From a virus (Duplodnaviria > Caudoviricetes): a stretch of 36,536 nt of DNA. The translations under genes were made by a program, and so were the position numbers. The DNA lies in IMG/VR virus record IMGVR_UViG_3300012855_000033, positions 1 through 36,536 of that record; one strand, given 5' to 3'. The notes under the pieces were generated by a model, which worked only from the letters and a program-made list of their open reading frames with translations, had not been told where the DNA came from and did no database searches. The first letter of the stretch is position 1. Every line of letters begins with the position of its first letter. Positions 9,231 through 19,598 of this stretch are shown in pieces.

Positions 9231-9764
9231 ATGGCCGTCGACAGCAACGTCCTAACCGTGAACAACGCGTCCGTGACCTTCGAGGACGGGACCGGGACCC
9301 CGGTCACGTTGACCTTGACCAACGACACGACCGTCACCATCGACGGCTTCACCGGCGCGAGCCTGAACGACATCGCGCACTTCCAGCGGCGCGGCAAGCA
9401 CTTCTCGTCGCAGCACACGCAGCGGATCTACCCGACGATCACGATCGAGTTCCTTCACAACGGTTTCGTGGGCGACGGCAGCGCGCCCGGCACCCCGCTC
9501 GAGTTCGCCCTGTTCCAGGGCACGTACTCGAGCAACACCTCGACGACCTCGGTGGGGACGCGCGGCGTCAAGACCATCAACATCACGGTTGCCGAGGAAG
9601 GCACCGACTTCGGCGGCGCCGACGGCGAACTGAAGTTCGAGGACTGCGTCCTCCGCAACCACACGCCGCTGTCGGACGGGGAGCCGTCGACCTACTCGAT
9701 GACCTTCGAGATCACCGGCGCCACCGACGACGCCGCGTCCGACCTGTCCTACGACGAAGCCTGA
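9231..9764 (+). CDS. major tail (tube) protein
   Basis: AAGGAGG RBS; Thr-rich beta protein ending STYSMTFEITG; precedes chaperone and TMP. Confidence 0.7.
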   Translation: MAVDSNVLTVNNASVTFEDGTGTPVTLTLTNDTTVTIDGFTGASLNDIAHFQRRGKHFSSQHTQRIYPTITIEFLHNGFVGDGSAPGTPLEFALFQGTYSSNTSTTSVGTRGVKTINITVAEEGTDFGGADGELKFEDCVLRNHTPLSDGEPSTYSMTFEITGATDDAASDLSYDEA

Positions 9765-9775
9765 GAGGTGAGACC

Positions 9776-10198
<423 letters not shown>

Positions 10199-10350
10199 AG
10201 ATCGAGCGAGCCTGGGGCAAGGCCCCGGGCTGGTACGATGACCTACCACGCGCGTCTCAGGAGCTCATCATGGCCGATTACATGCTGACGACCGAGGAGC
10301 GCAAGAAGCAGGCCCGCCGGCTGACCGCTTCGCGCAAAGGGAGGCGGTAG

Positions 10351-10770
10351 GTGGCGCGGATCCGTATCGTGGATGGCTCGCTGTCGATGGTCGTAGACGA
10401 CCAAATCGACGAGCTCGTGCGAAACGCGGTGGAGCGCGTAGCGCCGGGGCTCGTCGATTTCATCGAGGGCGAGATCGAACCCATCTACGAGGAAGCGAAG
10501 CGCCAGTGGCCGGTCGGTCCTGACCGCCGGTTCCGCAACGGGCGGCACAGCCGAGACGAGCTCTACAGCGAGATCGTGATCGACGGCGACACCATCCGCG
10601 GGCGGATCTGGAATACCGCCCCGTGGGCCAAGTACATCCGCCCCAAGGGGCTCAAGGGCAAGTCCGCGTTTGTCGTGCTGCTGCGCACCCCGCTCAAGCG
10701 CCGCGAGAAGCACATCGTCGCAGGCCTCGGGCGGTACGTGTCGGCGACCATAGGGGGCGAGCGTGGCTAG
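10351..10770 (+). CDS. HK97 gp10-like neck/tail component
   Basis: EAKRQWPV...SR...NTAPWAKYI pattern resembles the HK97-gp10 family; GGAGG RBS. Confidence 0.6.
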   Translation: MARIRIVDGSLSMVVDDQIDELVRNAVERVAPGLVDFIEGEIEPIYEEAKRQWPVGPDRRFRNGRHSRDELYSEIVIDGDTIRGRIWNTAPWAKYIRPKGLKGKSAFVVLLRTPLKRREKHIVAGLGRYVSATIGGERG

Positions 10771-12706
10771 CTACTCTGTCGACGTCGAACTGCAGGTCAA
10801 GATCGACAAGCTGCGTGCCGAGCTGGAGAAGATCCCCGGCATCTCTGCGCGCGAGTCGAAGAAGATGGCCCGCGCCTGGTCTCGCGACTACAACAAAGTC
10901 GAGAAGTCCGCCGAGCGTGCAGCGCGCCAAGCCGAGCGCCAGGCCGAGCGCGTGCGGGAGGGCTGGAAGTCCGCCGGCGAGCGGACGGCGTCCCTGATGG
11001 GCGGCGTCTTCGGAGACATCTCCGACTCGGTGCTGGACCTCGGCGATCGGATGGCCGGGGTAGCCGACGACATGGGAGGCCTCGCGGGCGGGGCTACGCT
11101 GGCGGCCGGGGCTGTAGGAGCACTGACGGCGGCAACCGTCTTCGGCCTAGGGGCGATGCTGGAGTGGATGGACTCCATCGACGATGTGCGGGAGTCGCTC
11201 GAGCGGGTCCGTGGGGTGCCCCCGCTGTCGCCCGAGCACGAGCAGGCCCTGCTCGACTACCAGGAGGCGGCCCGAGACGCTGACGCAGCCATCGCTGCCG
11301 CAACGCTGTCAATGCAGGCAGACTTCGCCCCCGCGCTGCAGAACGTCCAGCACGCGCTCGTCGGCGTCTCCGCCACCATGACCGAGCTCACGGGTGAGTC
11401 GTGGTCACTCTCGGATGCGCTGACGAGCCAGGCGCGCAGCATGGCCAACGCCGGCATTCTGTCGGCGTTGGCGGTGCAGGCCTACGACTACTTTGTCGAC
11501 GTCGGAGCAGAGGCTGCCGCAGAGATCGAGCACGTGTCCGAGGCGCAGCACGAGGCCAACCAAGCGTTCCGCGAGGGCGCCGACGACATCCGGGTCACCT
11601 CCGACGAGCTCAACGAATACGCCGAGGCGCTCGGCTATACGCGCGAGTCCTACGTCGACCTCGACGAGGCGGCCCGCCGGCAGGCCGAGGCGGCACGGGA
11701 GGCGGCCCGAGAGCAGGCGCAGGCGGCGCGCGAGTACGAGCAGATGTGGTCCAAAGCGGCACAGCAGGAGGCCAAGCGCACCGCTGAAGCCCGGAAGATG
11801 GCCGAGGAGCGCGCGGCCGCCATCGCTGCAGAGGTAGAGGCTCAGCAGGAGCTCGTGGCCGAGGCGGCGGTCTCGCTCGAGGAGATGACCGCCCAGCTCG
11901 ACGAGACCTTCTCCACCTTCCAGCAGGAGGTCTTCGTCGAGGGGATGGACCAGGCCCGGACGCTCGCCGAGGAGACGCTCGAGACGATCGACATGGTCGC
12001 CGAGGCGCGCATGGACGCGCTGGTTCGTCAGGAGAACCAGGCGCGCCGCGCGCACGCGAAAGAGCAGGAGCGGCTCAAGACGGAGCGCGAGCGCATCGAG
12101 GAGCAGATCGAGCAGGGCAAGATCAGCGAGCGCGAGGGGCGGGCGCAGATTCGGCGCATCGACAAGGAAATGCGAGCGAACGCGAAGGCCCGGCGGCAGC
12201 AGCGGCGCGACCATCGCCAGGCACTTAAAGACGCGCACAAAGCCCAGCAGGCAGCGGCCATCGCGCGCGCGACCATCGACGCAGCCGCGAACGCGGTCGC
12301 GCTGACGGGCGCCCTCGCGTATTTGCAGTGGGGCGCGCCGATCGCTGCCGCCGCCATCGCAGGCGCGCAGCTGACTGCACAGGTCGCGGTCATCAAGTCG
12401 ACGAAGGCCCCCAAGTTCGCATCGGGCGGCATGGTGCGAGACCGCATGGAGGGCGACCACGCGGTGATTTCGGCCGAGCCGGACGAGGGCATCCTGACCC
12501 GTCGAGGGGTGCGCAACGTGGGCGGCCCCGAGGGCGTGGCCGCGCTCAACGCGGGCCGCGCTGCGGCCACCGGTGGTGGCGGAACGCGGGTGTACCTCGA
12601 CTCGCGGCTGCTCGGCGAGGTCGTCGCGCGGGTCATCGAGACCGACGAGCGCGTGACGACAGCGCTCCAGCGGCGTACAGGTGCGATCCCGGGCATGAGG
12701 AGCTGA
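10763..12706 (+). CDS. tape measure protein
   Basis: 647 aa Ala/Glu-rich helical protein with C-terminal KFASGG...EGIL...VGG...ALN motif. Confidence 0.85.
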   Translation: MASYSVDVELQVKIDKLRAELEKIPGISARESKKMARAWSRDYNKVEKSAERAARQAERQAERVREGWKSAGERTASLMGGVFGDISDSVLDLGDRMAGVADDMGGLAGGATLAAGAVGALTAATVFGLGAMLEWMDSIDDVRESLERVRGVPPLSPEHEQALLDYQEAARDADAAIAAATLSMQADFAPALQNVQHALVGVSATMTELTGESWSLSDALTSQARSMANAGILSALAVQAYDYFVDVGAEAAAEIEHVSEAQHEANQAFREGADDIRVTSDELNEYAEALGYTRESYVDLDEAARRQAEAAREAAREQAQAAREYEQMWSKAAQQEAKRTAEARKMAEERAAAIAAEVEAQQELVAEAAVSLEEMTAQLDETFSTFQQEVFVEGMDQARTLAEETLETIDMVAEARMDALVRQENQARRAHAKEQERLKTERERIEEQIEQGKISEREGRAQIRRIDKEMRANAKARRQQRRDHRQALKDAHKAQQAAAIARATIDAAANAVALTGALAYLQWGAPIAAAAIAGAQLTAQVAVIKSTKAPKFASGGMVRDRMEGDHAVISAEPDEGILTRRGVRNVGGPEGVAALNAGRAAATGGGGTRVYLDSRLLGEVVARVIETDERVTTALQRRTGAIPGMRS

Positions 12707-12710
12707 CGAC

Positions 12711-15689
12711 ATGGCGCGACTGGATCCAAGCTGTGCCCTGGTGCTGTGGGACGAGCGGCTGTCCTACGACGACCGCGCCGCCAACACGGCCGCCTCGCTG
12801 ACGAGCGACTACACGGAGGCCGAGCTGCGCCCCGGGCTGCCCGTCCGCGCGGGGCGCCTGCTCGCACAGGTCAGCGGGACGCAGACCGCCGACGCGGCGG
12901 TCAAGGTCTCGACGGCCTACCCAGGGGTCCCGGGCCGCACAGGTGTGCGCGTCCTGGCGTCGCCCGACGGCGGGACGTCCTACCTGGGCCACCTGCGCGA
13001 GACGGACATCCGCCGATGGCAGATGCACCCGGACGCGGTCGGGAGCGGCTCCGAGACCTTCGGCGCGACGGCTGCGGTGTGCACGTCGACGGGGCGGCCG
13101 ATCGTCGTGTACGGCAGCGACGACGATACGGTGGTGTCCTACTACGACGGGAGCACGTGGCAGTCCGCGACGGGCGACTTCGCGGGCAACGGCTACGCAG
13201 AGGAGGGGTGCGCGATCGCCGTGGACCCGATCACCGGTCTCCTTGTGCTCGTGACGGTCGACGCGTCGGACAACCTGCGGACCTGGCACAGCGACGACGA
13301 CGGCGAGACGTGGACGCTCATCAGCAACACCGACCCGGGGCTGTCCTCCACCGGGGGCGGCCGCGCCGCGCTCGCTGCGACGCGCGGCGGGCTGGTGCTG
13401 CTGGTGCAGAGGGACGGGACGAACGGGGACGTCGACCAGTTCGCGAGCTCTGACCTGGGCTCGGTCTGGACGCAGGTCGACACCGCGTCGACCGAGGGCC
13501 TCGGGTGGGCGCTGGTCGTGCAGGACGGCACGATCTTCTCCTTCTCCTACGATGCCTCGACGAGCGCCGTGCAGATGACGCGCACCGTCAGCCCCTACGA
13601 GTCCATCCTCGACGCGACGGAGGTAGCGATCGACACGAGCGGGCTGACCGTCGCCGGCATCACGGCCTGGGCTGACGCGGCCGGCGTGCTGTACTGCGTG
13701 GTCGCGGACGGCAGCTCGTCGGGGATCTTCGTCGGCCTGTCCTCCACCGACGGTGGCGTGACCTGGGCGAGCAACGGCATCTCTTGGGCCTCGGGCGCAT
13801 CGAACAGCGGACCGCGCAAGCTCGCAGGCGCCCACACCCCCTACGGGGCGATCGTGGCCTGCACGGGCGAGTCGCCGAGCAACCCGACGCAGGACGGGAG
13901 CGGACACGTCCTGTGGCTCGGCGGCTGGGAGCAGATCGAATGGGCGCAGACGACCGAGAGCGCATTCGCGCCCGGCGTCGGCATCGACGGCACCCTGTGG
14001 CTGCCCTTCTCCGGGCCGGCGGCCGGCGACTACACGGTGACGGGCGCGGGGTCGGCCACGCTTGGCGCGAACGGCTGGGCGCTGTCGGGAGAGCAGGTCG
14101 CGACCTTGACCGACGGGGACGCCCCGCTGCACATCTTCGAGGTGGATGCGGTCACGGGCGGGTCGCTGACGTCGCTTGACATCGGCTTCCGCGTGACCTG
14201 GTCTGGGACCGAGCTGATCGTGCGCATGTCGACGGTGGGCTTCCGTTTGTACGACTCTGTCGATGGGAGCGTGATCGACACCGTCGCGACCAGCCTCGCC
14301 GCCCGAACTCAGTTTGTCGTGACCGAGTCGGCGCTGTACTACCGGGCGACGGGGGACAAGAGCTGGACGAAGGTCACGTACACACTGGTCTCGGGGACAC
14401 CAGGCGGCAGCCGCGACACCGAGCACGCCTTCGGAAACTTCGCGGGCTCGACCTCGTCGAGGTGGTACGCGGCGGGCTGCTCGTCGGCGACCTACCGGGA
14501 CGGAGCGAACGGGGCGCGCGCCGGCAAGGCGACGCCTTGCTTCCTGCCCGACGAGGTCGGTGTGCCCGCCCTGCTGACGCTGTACGACGGGCCGGGCATC
14601 GCAGGCGAGACGGCGACCGTAGAGCCCCGGTCCTCGTACACCGTGGAGCACCTCGACCCCGTGCTGCATCCGTCGCCCGATGTTCGGTGGCGGTCGACCA
14701 CCGACGGGCCCGAGCACGTGACGTGGGACCTGGGCGACGAGTCGGAGCTGGGACGCGCGGTCGCGCTGGTTGTGACGGGGGCCTCGCTGCGGCAGGTGGC
14801 GCTCGAATACTGGTCCGGCTCGGCGTGGGTGACGGGCGGGACGCTGGATCTCGCGACGGGCCTCTCGGGGCTGTCCTACACCGCCGCCGGCGACGTCCTC
14901 GAGCCGGCCTCGGGCACGTCCTCGGCGGGCCGCTACATCCAGCCCGGGGAGCTCGTCGGCGGGTATCTGATTGTGTCCGGGTCGCCCAACACGACCCACC
15001 GGATCGTCGCCAACGGCGGCGGGGTGTGGGCGGACGGATCCGCGATGCCGCCGTGGATCCGCGTCGAGGACGCCACCGGGCTCGGCTCGTCGGGCACGTG
15101 CGCGATCGTCGCCCCCGGCGGCGTGATGCTGGTCTACGCCTCGAGCTCGGTATCTGCCCGCTACTGGCGCGTGCGGTTCCCTGCGCAGGACTGCCCCGAC
15201 GACGTGCTCGAGGCCGGCACCATCTGGGCGGGTCGTGTCGTCGTGCCGGGGGCGCCGCCGGACTGGACCTGGACGGACGACGAAGAGCCCAACGTGCAGC
15301 GCGCCACGAGCCCCTACGGCACGAGCCGGGCGCGCGAGATCGGCCCCACGCGGCGGACGTGGACGTGGGGGTGGGCCGACGGCGGGACAGACCTGTACCC
15401 GCTGCGGGCGGCGTCGGCGTCGATGGACTTCGTCGGCCCGAGCGGGGGGCGGCCGATGACCGCCGCCGAGGATGTCTGGTGGACGCTGCGTGACGTGCTG
15501 CGCTCTCACCAGGCCCGCCCGGTCTGCGCGCTGCGCACGGTGCCGGCGAGCGGCACGACCATCACCGACCCGACCCTGTGGCTCTACGGCTACCTCGACG
15601 GGTCGGTCGCAGCCCGCGGGGTCGTCGGCACCGAGGGCGAGGACGAACTCGTGCGCGTCTCGTCGTTGTCCATCGTGGAGCAGGTGTAA
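12711..15689 (+). CDS. large tail protein with Asp-box (BNR) beta-propeller region
   Basis: SDDDGETW, SSDLGSVW, STDGGVTW and SPDGGTSY Asp-box-like motifs; follows TMP. Confidence 0.75.
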   Translation: MARLDPSCALVLWDERLSYDDRAANTAASLTSDYTEAELRPGLPVRAGRLLAQVSGTQTADAAVKVSTAYPGVPGRTGVRVLASPDGGTSYLGHLRETDIRRWQMHPDAVGSGSETFGATAAVCTSTGRPIVVYGSDDDTVVSYYDGSTWQSATGDFAGNGYAEEGCAIAVDPITGLLVLVTVDASDNLRTWHSDDDGETWTLISNTDPGLSSTGGGRAALAATRGGLVLLVQRDGTNGDVDQFASSDLGSVWTQVDTASTEGLGWALVVQDGTIFSFSYDASTSAVQMTRTVSPYESILDATEVAIDTSGLTVAGITAWADAAGVLYCVVADGSSSGIFVGLSSTDGGVTWASNGISWASGASNSGPRKLAGAHTPYGAIVACTGESPSNPTQDGSGHVLWLGGWEQIEWAQTTESAFAPGVGIDGTLWLPFSGPAAGDYTVTGAGSATLGANGWALSGEQVATLTDGDAPLHIFEVDAVTGGSLTSLDIGFRVTWSGTELIVRMSTVGFRLYDSVDGSVIDTVATSLAARTQFVVTESALYYRATGDKSWTKVTYTLVSGTPGGSRDTEHAFGNFAGSTSSRWYAAGCSSATYRDGANGARAGKATPCFLPDEVGVPALLTLYDGPGIAGETATVEPRSSYTVEHLDPVLHPSPDVRWRSTTDGPEHVTWDLGDESELGRAVALVVTGASLRQVALEYWSGSAWVTGGTLDLATGLSGLSYTAAGDVLEPASGTSSAGRYIQPGELVGGYLIVSGSPNTTHRIVANGGGVWADGSAMPPWIRVEDATGLGSSGTCAIVAPGGVMLVYASSSVSARYWRVRFPAQDCPDDVLEAGTIWAGRVVVPGAPPDWTWTDDEEPNVQRATSPYGTSRAREIGPTRRTWTWGWADGGTDLYPLRAASASMDFVGPSGGRPMTAAEDVWWTLRDVLRSHQARPVCALRTVPASGTTITDPTLWLYGYLDGSVAARGVVGTEGEDELVRVSSLSIVEQV

Positions 15690-17260
15690 TGGGCGGCGCG
15701 CGCTGGCTGGTCGAGCTCGACGTCTACGGACACACCGTGCGGCTGTCCTCGGCTGACGCGGTCACTGTCGACGGGGAGCGGTACGGCCCCGGCGTCGAGG
15801 TCGGCGCCACGGGCCTTACCGCAGACAAGGCCGGGATCGACGTGGTCGGCTGGGAGCCGCCGGGCGGCTGGGCTGTCTACGTCGCGACGGTCGGCCCGCT
15901 CGAGGAGCGCCCCTGTCGGCTCTACTGGCACCGCGACGGGCAGACGCTGACCGAGGCGCGGACGGTGATCAACGGCGTCGCCGTCGGGGTCGAGCACGCA
16001 GGCCCAGGGGAGCCGCTGTCGTTCACCCTGCAGCGGCGATCCGGCGATGAGGAGATGGCCCCACCACCCACGGCCATCATCTCGCGGGCCGACTTCTCGA
16101 ACGCCGTCAACGATGCCCTTGGGCAGCACTACGCGCTGATCTTCGGCTACCCGGGGAGCCGCGGCGGCGGCAACACCCTTCCTTCGATCCCGCTCCACGT
16201 GCTGTCGAGCGGCGTGGGGTCGACCGCGACACTGGCCCTCGCGCTCGGCGAGGTCAACGCCACGACGTGCACCGTGTCGCGGGTCAGCGGCGGCAACGGC
16301 ACCTTCGCCAACTGGTCGAGCGCCCCCATCACCACCGACACCGCCAGCGGACGGACCATCAGCTACGTGCAGAACCTGCCGGCGACCGCGCCGTCGGGGT
16401 TTTTTGTGGATGATGGTCGCTACCTTGCCGCCTTCGACGAGAGCGATGCAAACTCGGGCGGGGTCGTCGGCTACGATGGCGTCGTGCTGCGGGGGGCGGG
16501 CTCGGTCGCGCGGTGGCTGCTCGAGACCTACACGTCCCAGCCCATCGACCGCACGCGCTGGGATCGGGAGCAGGACTGGCTCGACGCGTACAAGGTCGAC
16601 ACCTGGATCGACGAGCCTATCGCCCCCACGGAGTGGATCAGCCGCGCGCTGCTCCGCTTCCTCCCGGCCCGGCTCCGACAGGGCGCGAGGGGCTGGTGGA
16701 TCCAGCCCCAGCGGTACACGGCGACCGCTGCGCAGGTGGTGCGGCAGCTGTCCGCCGACCGGGGCGAGGTCCGGCGGTCGTCGAGGATCAAGCAGCGAGA
16801 CGACCTCTACACCCGCTTCTCGATCTCCTATCGCCGCGGGCAGAGCAAGTACTACGCGGCGCGCACCCTGCAGGCTCAGCCGGGCATCCTGGCGCCCACG
16901 CCGGGCGGCTACGACGTCCGCGAGCTCGGGCGGCTCGACCTTGCGCTGGCCGAGCTGCGCTTCGGTGTCCGCCCCGCGCCGCACATCGAGTGCGCCATGA
17001 CCTGGGACAACAGCACCGCTTCGCTCATCCTGCAGGACCAGGCTGACCGGCACGGCTGGCCCAAGCGCGCGGTGCAGTACGTCGGCGGCCTCGACCTCGA
17101 CGACCTTGACCCGGGGCAGTACGTCGAGATCACCGACACCGAGGTCGGGATGCACGGCGCGCTCGCGCTGGTCGAGGAGGTCACGGTCGATGTCACCGAG
17201 GTCGTCCTCGACCTGACCCTGCTCGACACGCCCGGAGAGGGCAACGGGGCGCCGCCCTGA
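15689..17260 (+). CDS. tail tip/baseplate hub-like protein
   Basis: TAATG coupling; C-terminal DLDPGQYVEITD pattern typical of tail hub proteins. Confidence 0.65.
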   Translation: MGGARWLVELDVYGHTVRLSSADAVTVDGERYGPGVEVGATGLTADKAGIDVVGWEPPGGWAVYVATVGPLEERPCRLYWHRDGQTLTEARTVINGVAVGVEHAGPGEPLSFTLQRRSGDEEMAPPPTAIISRADFSNAVNDALGQHYALIFGYPGSRGGGNTLPSIPLHVLSSGVGSTATLALALGEVNATTCTVSRVSGGNGTFANWSSAPITTDTASGRTISYVQNLPATAPSGFFVDDGRYLAAFDESDANSGGVVGYDGVVLRGAGSVARWLLETYTSQPIDRTRWDREQDWLDAYKVDTWIDEPIAPTEWISRALLRFLPARLRQGARGWWIQPQRYTATAAQVVRQLSADRGEVRRSSRIKQRDDLYTRFSISYRRGQSKYYAARTLQAQPGILAPTPGGYDVRELGRLDLALAELRFGVRPAPHIECAMTWDNSTASLILQDQADRHGWPKRAVQYVGGLDLDDLDPGQYVEITDTEVGMHGALALVEEVTVDVTEVVLDLTLLDTPGEGNGAPP

Positions 17261-17312
17261 CCGCCAGCGCGCGGCCCTTTCTCGTGATAGCATCGAACCC
17301 AAGGAGGCTCAC

Positions 17313-17627
17313 ATGCCGCACGTACTCGACGCCGACGGAGCGGCGGACATCACCCTCGACGACACCAATGCCCAAGTGGTGCAGGCGTCGGCCGGCGAGC
17401 CCGCGCACCCGTCGTGGTTGATCCTGCGAGGAAAGGGGACCGCCGTGGACGTCACGATCGAGTCCGGCGGCGTGCTCACCGACGACGCGACGGCAGAGTC
17501 AGCGGGGGACCGCTTCTGGACCGTGGAGGTGCCCGCCAAGGGCAGCGTCTGGGAGTGGATCGGACGCCGCGAGGTCGCGGTGTCCGGCTCGGCGGCGACC
17601 GCCATCTCGATCGACACGGTGCCCTGA
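17313..17627 (+). CDS. small beta-rich hypothetical protein
   Basis: AAGGAGG RBS; preceded by an extended -10-like TGaTAGCAT. Confidence 0.7.
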   Translation: MPHVLDADGAADITLDDTNAQVVQASAGEPAHPSWLILRGKGTAVDVTIESGGVLTDDATAESAGDRFWTVEVPAKGSVWEWIGRREVAVSGSAATAISIDTVP

Positions 17628-17629
17628 CG

Positions 17630-18412
17630 GTGCGCCGGCTGTCTCGATACCCGGCGCCGCTCGACCGACTGCCGCCCTCCGAGGCGGCCGCCCTGCTCGG
17701 CGCCTCTGCCGCCCCCCTCGCCGCCACGCACTGGTTCCAGCCCTCGGCGAGCGACGCCGAGCAGCTCTCGGCGGCCGACGCACGGCTGCCCGCCAGCGGG
17801 ACCATCGTCGGCGTGATCAGCCCCACCGCCATTGGGTCGCTCGCAGGGGGGATCCTCGACCTACAGGGCTCGTCCGGCCGGATCTATCTGGCCATCACGC
17901 CCGACTCGCCCGACAAGCTGCGGCTCGACATCAACGCCGGGGCGGGCGCCAAGATCCGCACCCGCGCCTACACCCCCGGCGATGCAGGCCTGTACGACGG
18001 CACGCCCAAGGTCGCATGGGGCCGCTGGACGACGGGCGGCGACATGGAGTGCGGGTGGGGCAAGCCATCCGATGGCCTGACGTCCGGCACCATCTCGGTC
18101 GGCACAGTGACGCCCGAGGCGTCAGCGGTAGCCGATGTGGCGGGCTACGGCGTGGTCGACCGCTCCCTAGGCGGTGAGTACGAGGTGGGGGCGTTTGATC
18201 GGGCGCTGTCCGACGCCGAGATCGACGCGATTGTGGATGCGCTCTCCATCGCGAGCGTCACCTCGGGCCGCTGGCTGTACCCCCGCCCGGCACCGGGCGT
18301 CGAAGATGGCGACGCCATCACCGACCCCTCTACGCAGGTCGTGGACGACACCGCGCACACGTGGACCGTGAATACCGTGGACGGCACCAGCAGCATTCAG
18401 GCGGTCCGATGA
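17630..18412 (+). CDS. LamG/concanavalin A-like domain protein (putative receptor binding)
   Basis: FDRALSDAEI is a LamG-3 C-terminal signature; start codon uncertain. Confidence 0.55.
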   Translation: MRRLSRYPAPLDRLPPSEAAALLGASAAPLAATHWFQPSASDAEQLSAADARLPASGTIVGVISPTAIGSLAGGILDLQGSSGRIYLAITPDSPDKLRLDINAGAGAKIRTRAYTPGDAGLYDGTPKVAWGRWTTGGDMECGWGKPSDGLTSGTISVGTVTPEASAVADVAGYGVVDRSLGGEYEVGAFDRALSDAEIDAIVDALSIASVTSGRWLYPRPAPGVEDGDAITDPSTQVVDDTAHTWTVNTVDGTSSIQAVR

Positions 18413-19113
18413 GATCGCGCACCTGGGTCGGCTACGCGCTCGCAGGCCAGAGCAACGCGCGCGGGAACAACGCCGGCAACCTCTCCGGTGAGCGCATCGG
18501 CGTGTGCCACGTCGTGGACCGCGAGGCGGGCGGCTTCGCGCATGGTCGCGACCGCTCCCCTACGTGGTGGAACGGCTCGGTGTCGACGTCGGCCCCGCGG
18601 GTTGGGCCTGGGGTCGGCATTGTGGGGACAGGCAACCGGGTACGCAATCGAGGCCGTGGGACCCGCCTGTGCAAGTACGCCATCGGCGGGAGCCCCATCG
18701 CCGACTGGATTAGCACCCACGCGGCCGTGCACGTCGCCGCCATGAGCGCCACCGGGTGGACCTTCGACGGGGGACTGGTGTGGGCGCAGGGCGAGGAGGA
18801 CGCCAAGAGTGCCACGGAGTCCGCAGCCTACGAGACGCGGCTGACCTCCCTCATGGCCATCTACCGCGCGACCTTCCCTGGCCTGAAGGTGTGCATCGTG
18901 CAGCTGGCCAGCGCCTTCACGCCGCTGTCCGGCACGGCCCCGTACATCGCGGACGTGCGCGCAGCGCAGGCGGCGTACGTCGCGGGTGACCCTCTCGCCA
19001 CCATGATCGACATGGAGGAATGGGTCGGCACCCAGCACGACGGCGTGCACTGGACGGCTGAGGCCCAGATCGACTGCGGCGAGCGGGCACGCGCCGCGTT
19101 GGAGGCGCTGTGA
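18409..19113 (+). CDS. SGNH/SASA-family carbohydrate O-acetylesterase
   Basis: AGQSNARG, WAQGEED and DGVH catalytic blocks. Confidence 0.85.
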   Translation: MRSRTWVGYALAGQSNARGNNAGNLSGERIGVCHVVDREAGGFAHGRDRSPTWWNGSVSTSAPRVGPGVGIVGTGNRVRNRGRGTRLCKYAIGGSPIADWISTHAAVHVAAMSATGWTFDGGLVWAQGEEDAKSATESAAYETRLTSLMAIYRATFPGLKVCIVQLASAFTPLSGTAPYIADVRAAQAAYVAGDPLATMIDMEEWVGTQHDGVHWTAEAQIDCGERARAALEAL

Positions 19114-19598
19114 GCCTCTGGCGCGCCACCGTGCAGTCCCCCTACGTGCTCGCGGCGGGCCTCGCCGTGTCGCTGGCCATCCTCGGCTACATCGCGGCGA
19201 CCCGACGCCCCGTGGCCTACGTCGCCGACCCGCCCGAGGTCGTCATCGACCCCGCCGGCGGCCCTTGCCACGCGTCGACGTGGGAGCGGGTGTGCGCCGA
19301 CTGGACGGCGGCCGGCTGGCCGTCGTGCACCGTCGCCGAGGGCGGGACCCCGGTGGTAGAGCTGACCCCTGCGCTGGCCTCGCTCGCTCCCCGGGAGCAC
19401 CTGCGGGGGGCGGTCGTCCTGCTCGACGACGGACGCCGCGCCATCGCCATCGACCCGGACGCGTGCTCGACCCCGACGCCGCTGCACGAGGTGGGGCACC
19501 TGTACGGCCTCCCCGACGGCGGCCCCACCGGCTCGGCGATGGCCAGTCCGGCATCCCGCACCGGCTGGACGGTGCCCCGCTACGGGGGGGCGCCGTGA
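19110..19598 (+). CDS. membrane-anchored metzincin-like Zn protease
   Basis: N-terminal TM; HEVGHLYGLPD and a downstream SAM Met-turn. Confidence 0.7.
   Translation: MSLWRATVQSPYVLAAGLAVSLAILGYIAATRRPVAYVADPPEVVIDPAGGPCHASTWERVCADWTAAGWPSCTVAEGGTPVVELTPALASLAPREHLRGAVVLLDDGRRAIAIDPDACSTPTPLHEVGHLYGLPDGGPTGSAMASPASRTGWTVPRYGGAP

Noticed and set aside
12633-15509. Very long minus-strand ORFs opposite tail genes (also 15590-17302 and 30502-33459)
   Set aside because: High-GC antisense shadows of well-supported plus-strand genes, with no motifs or RBS
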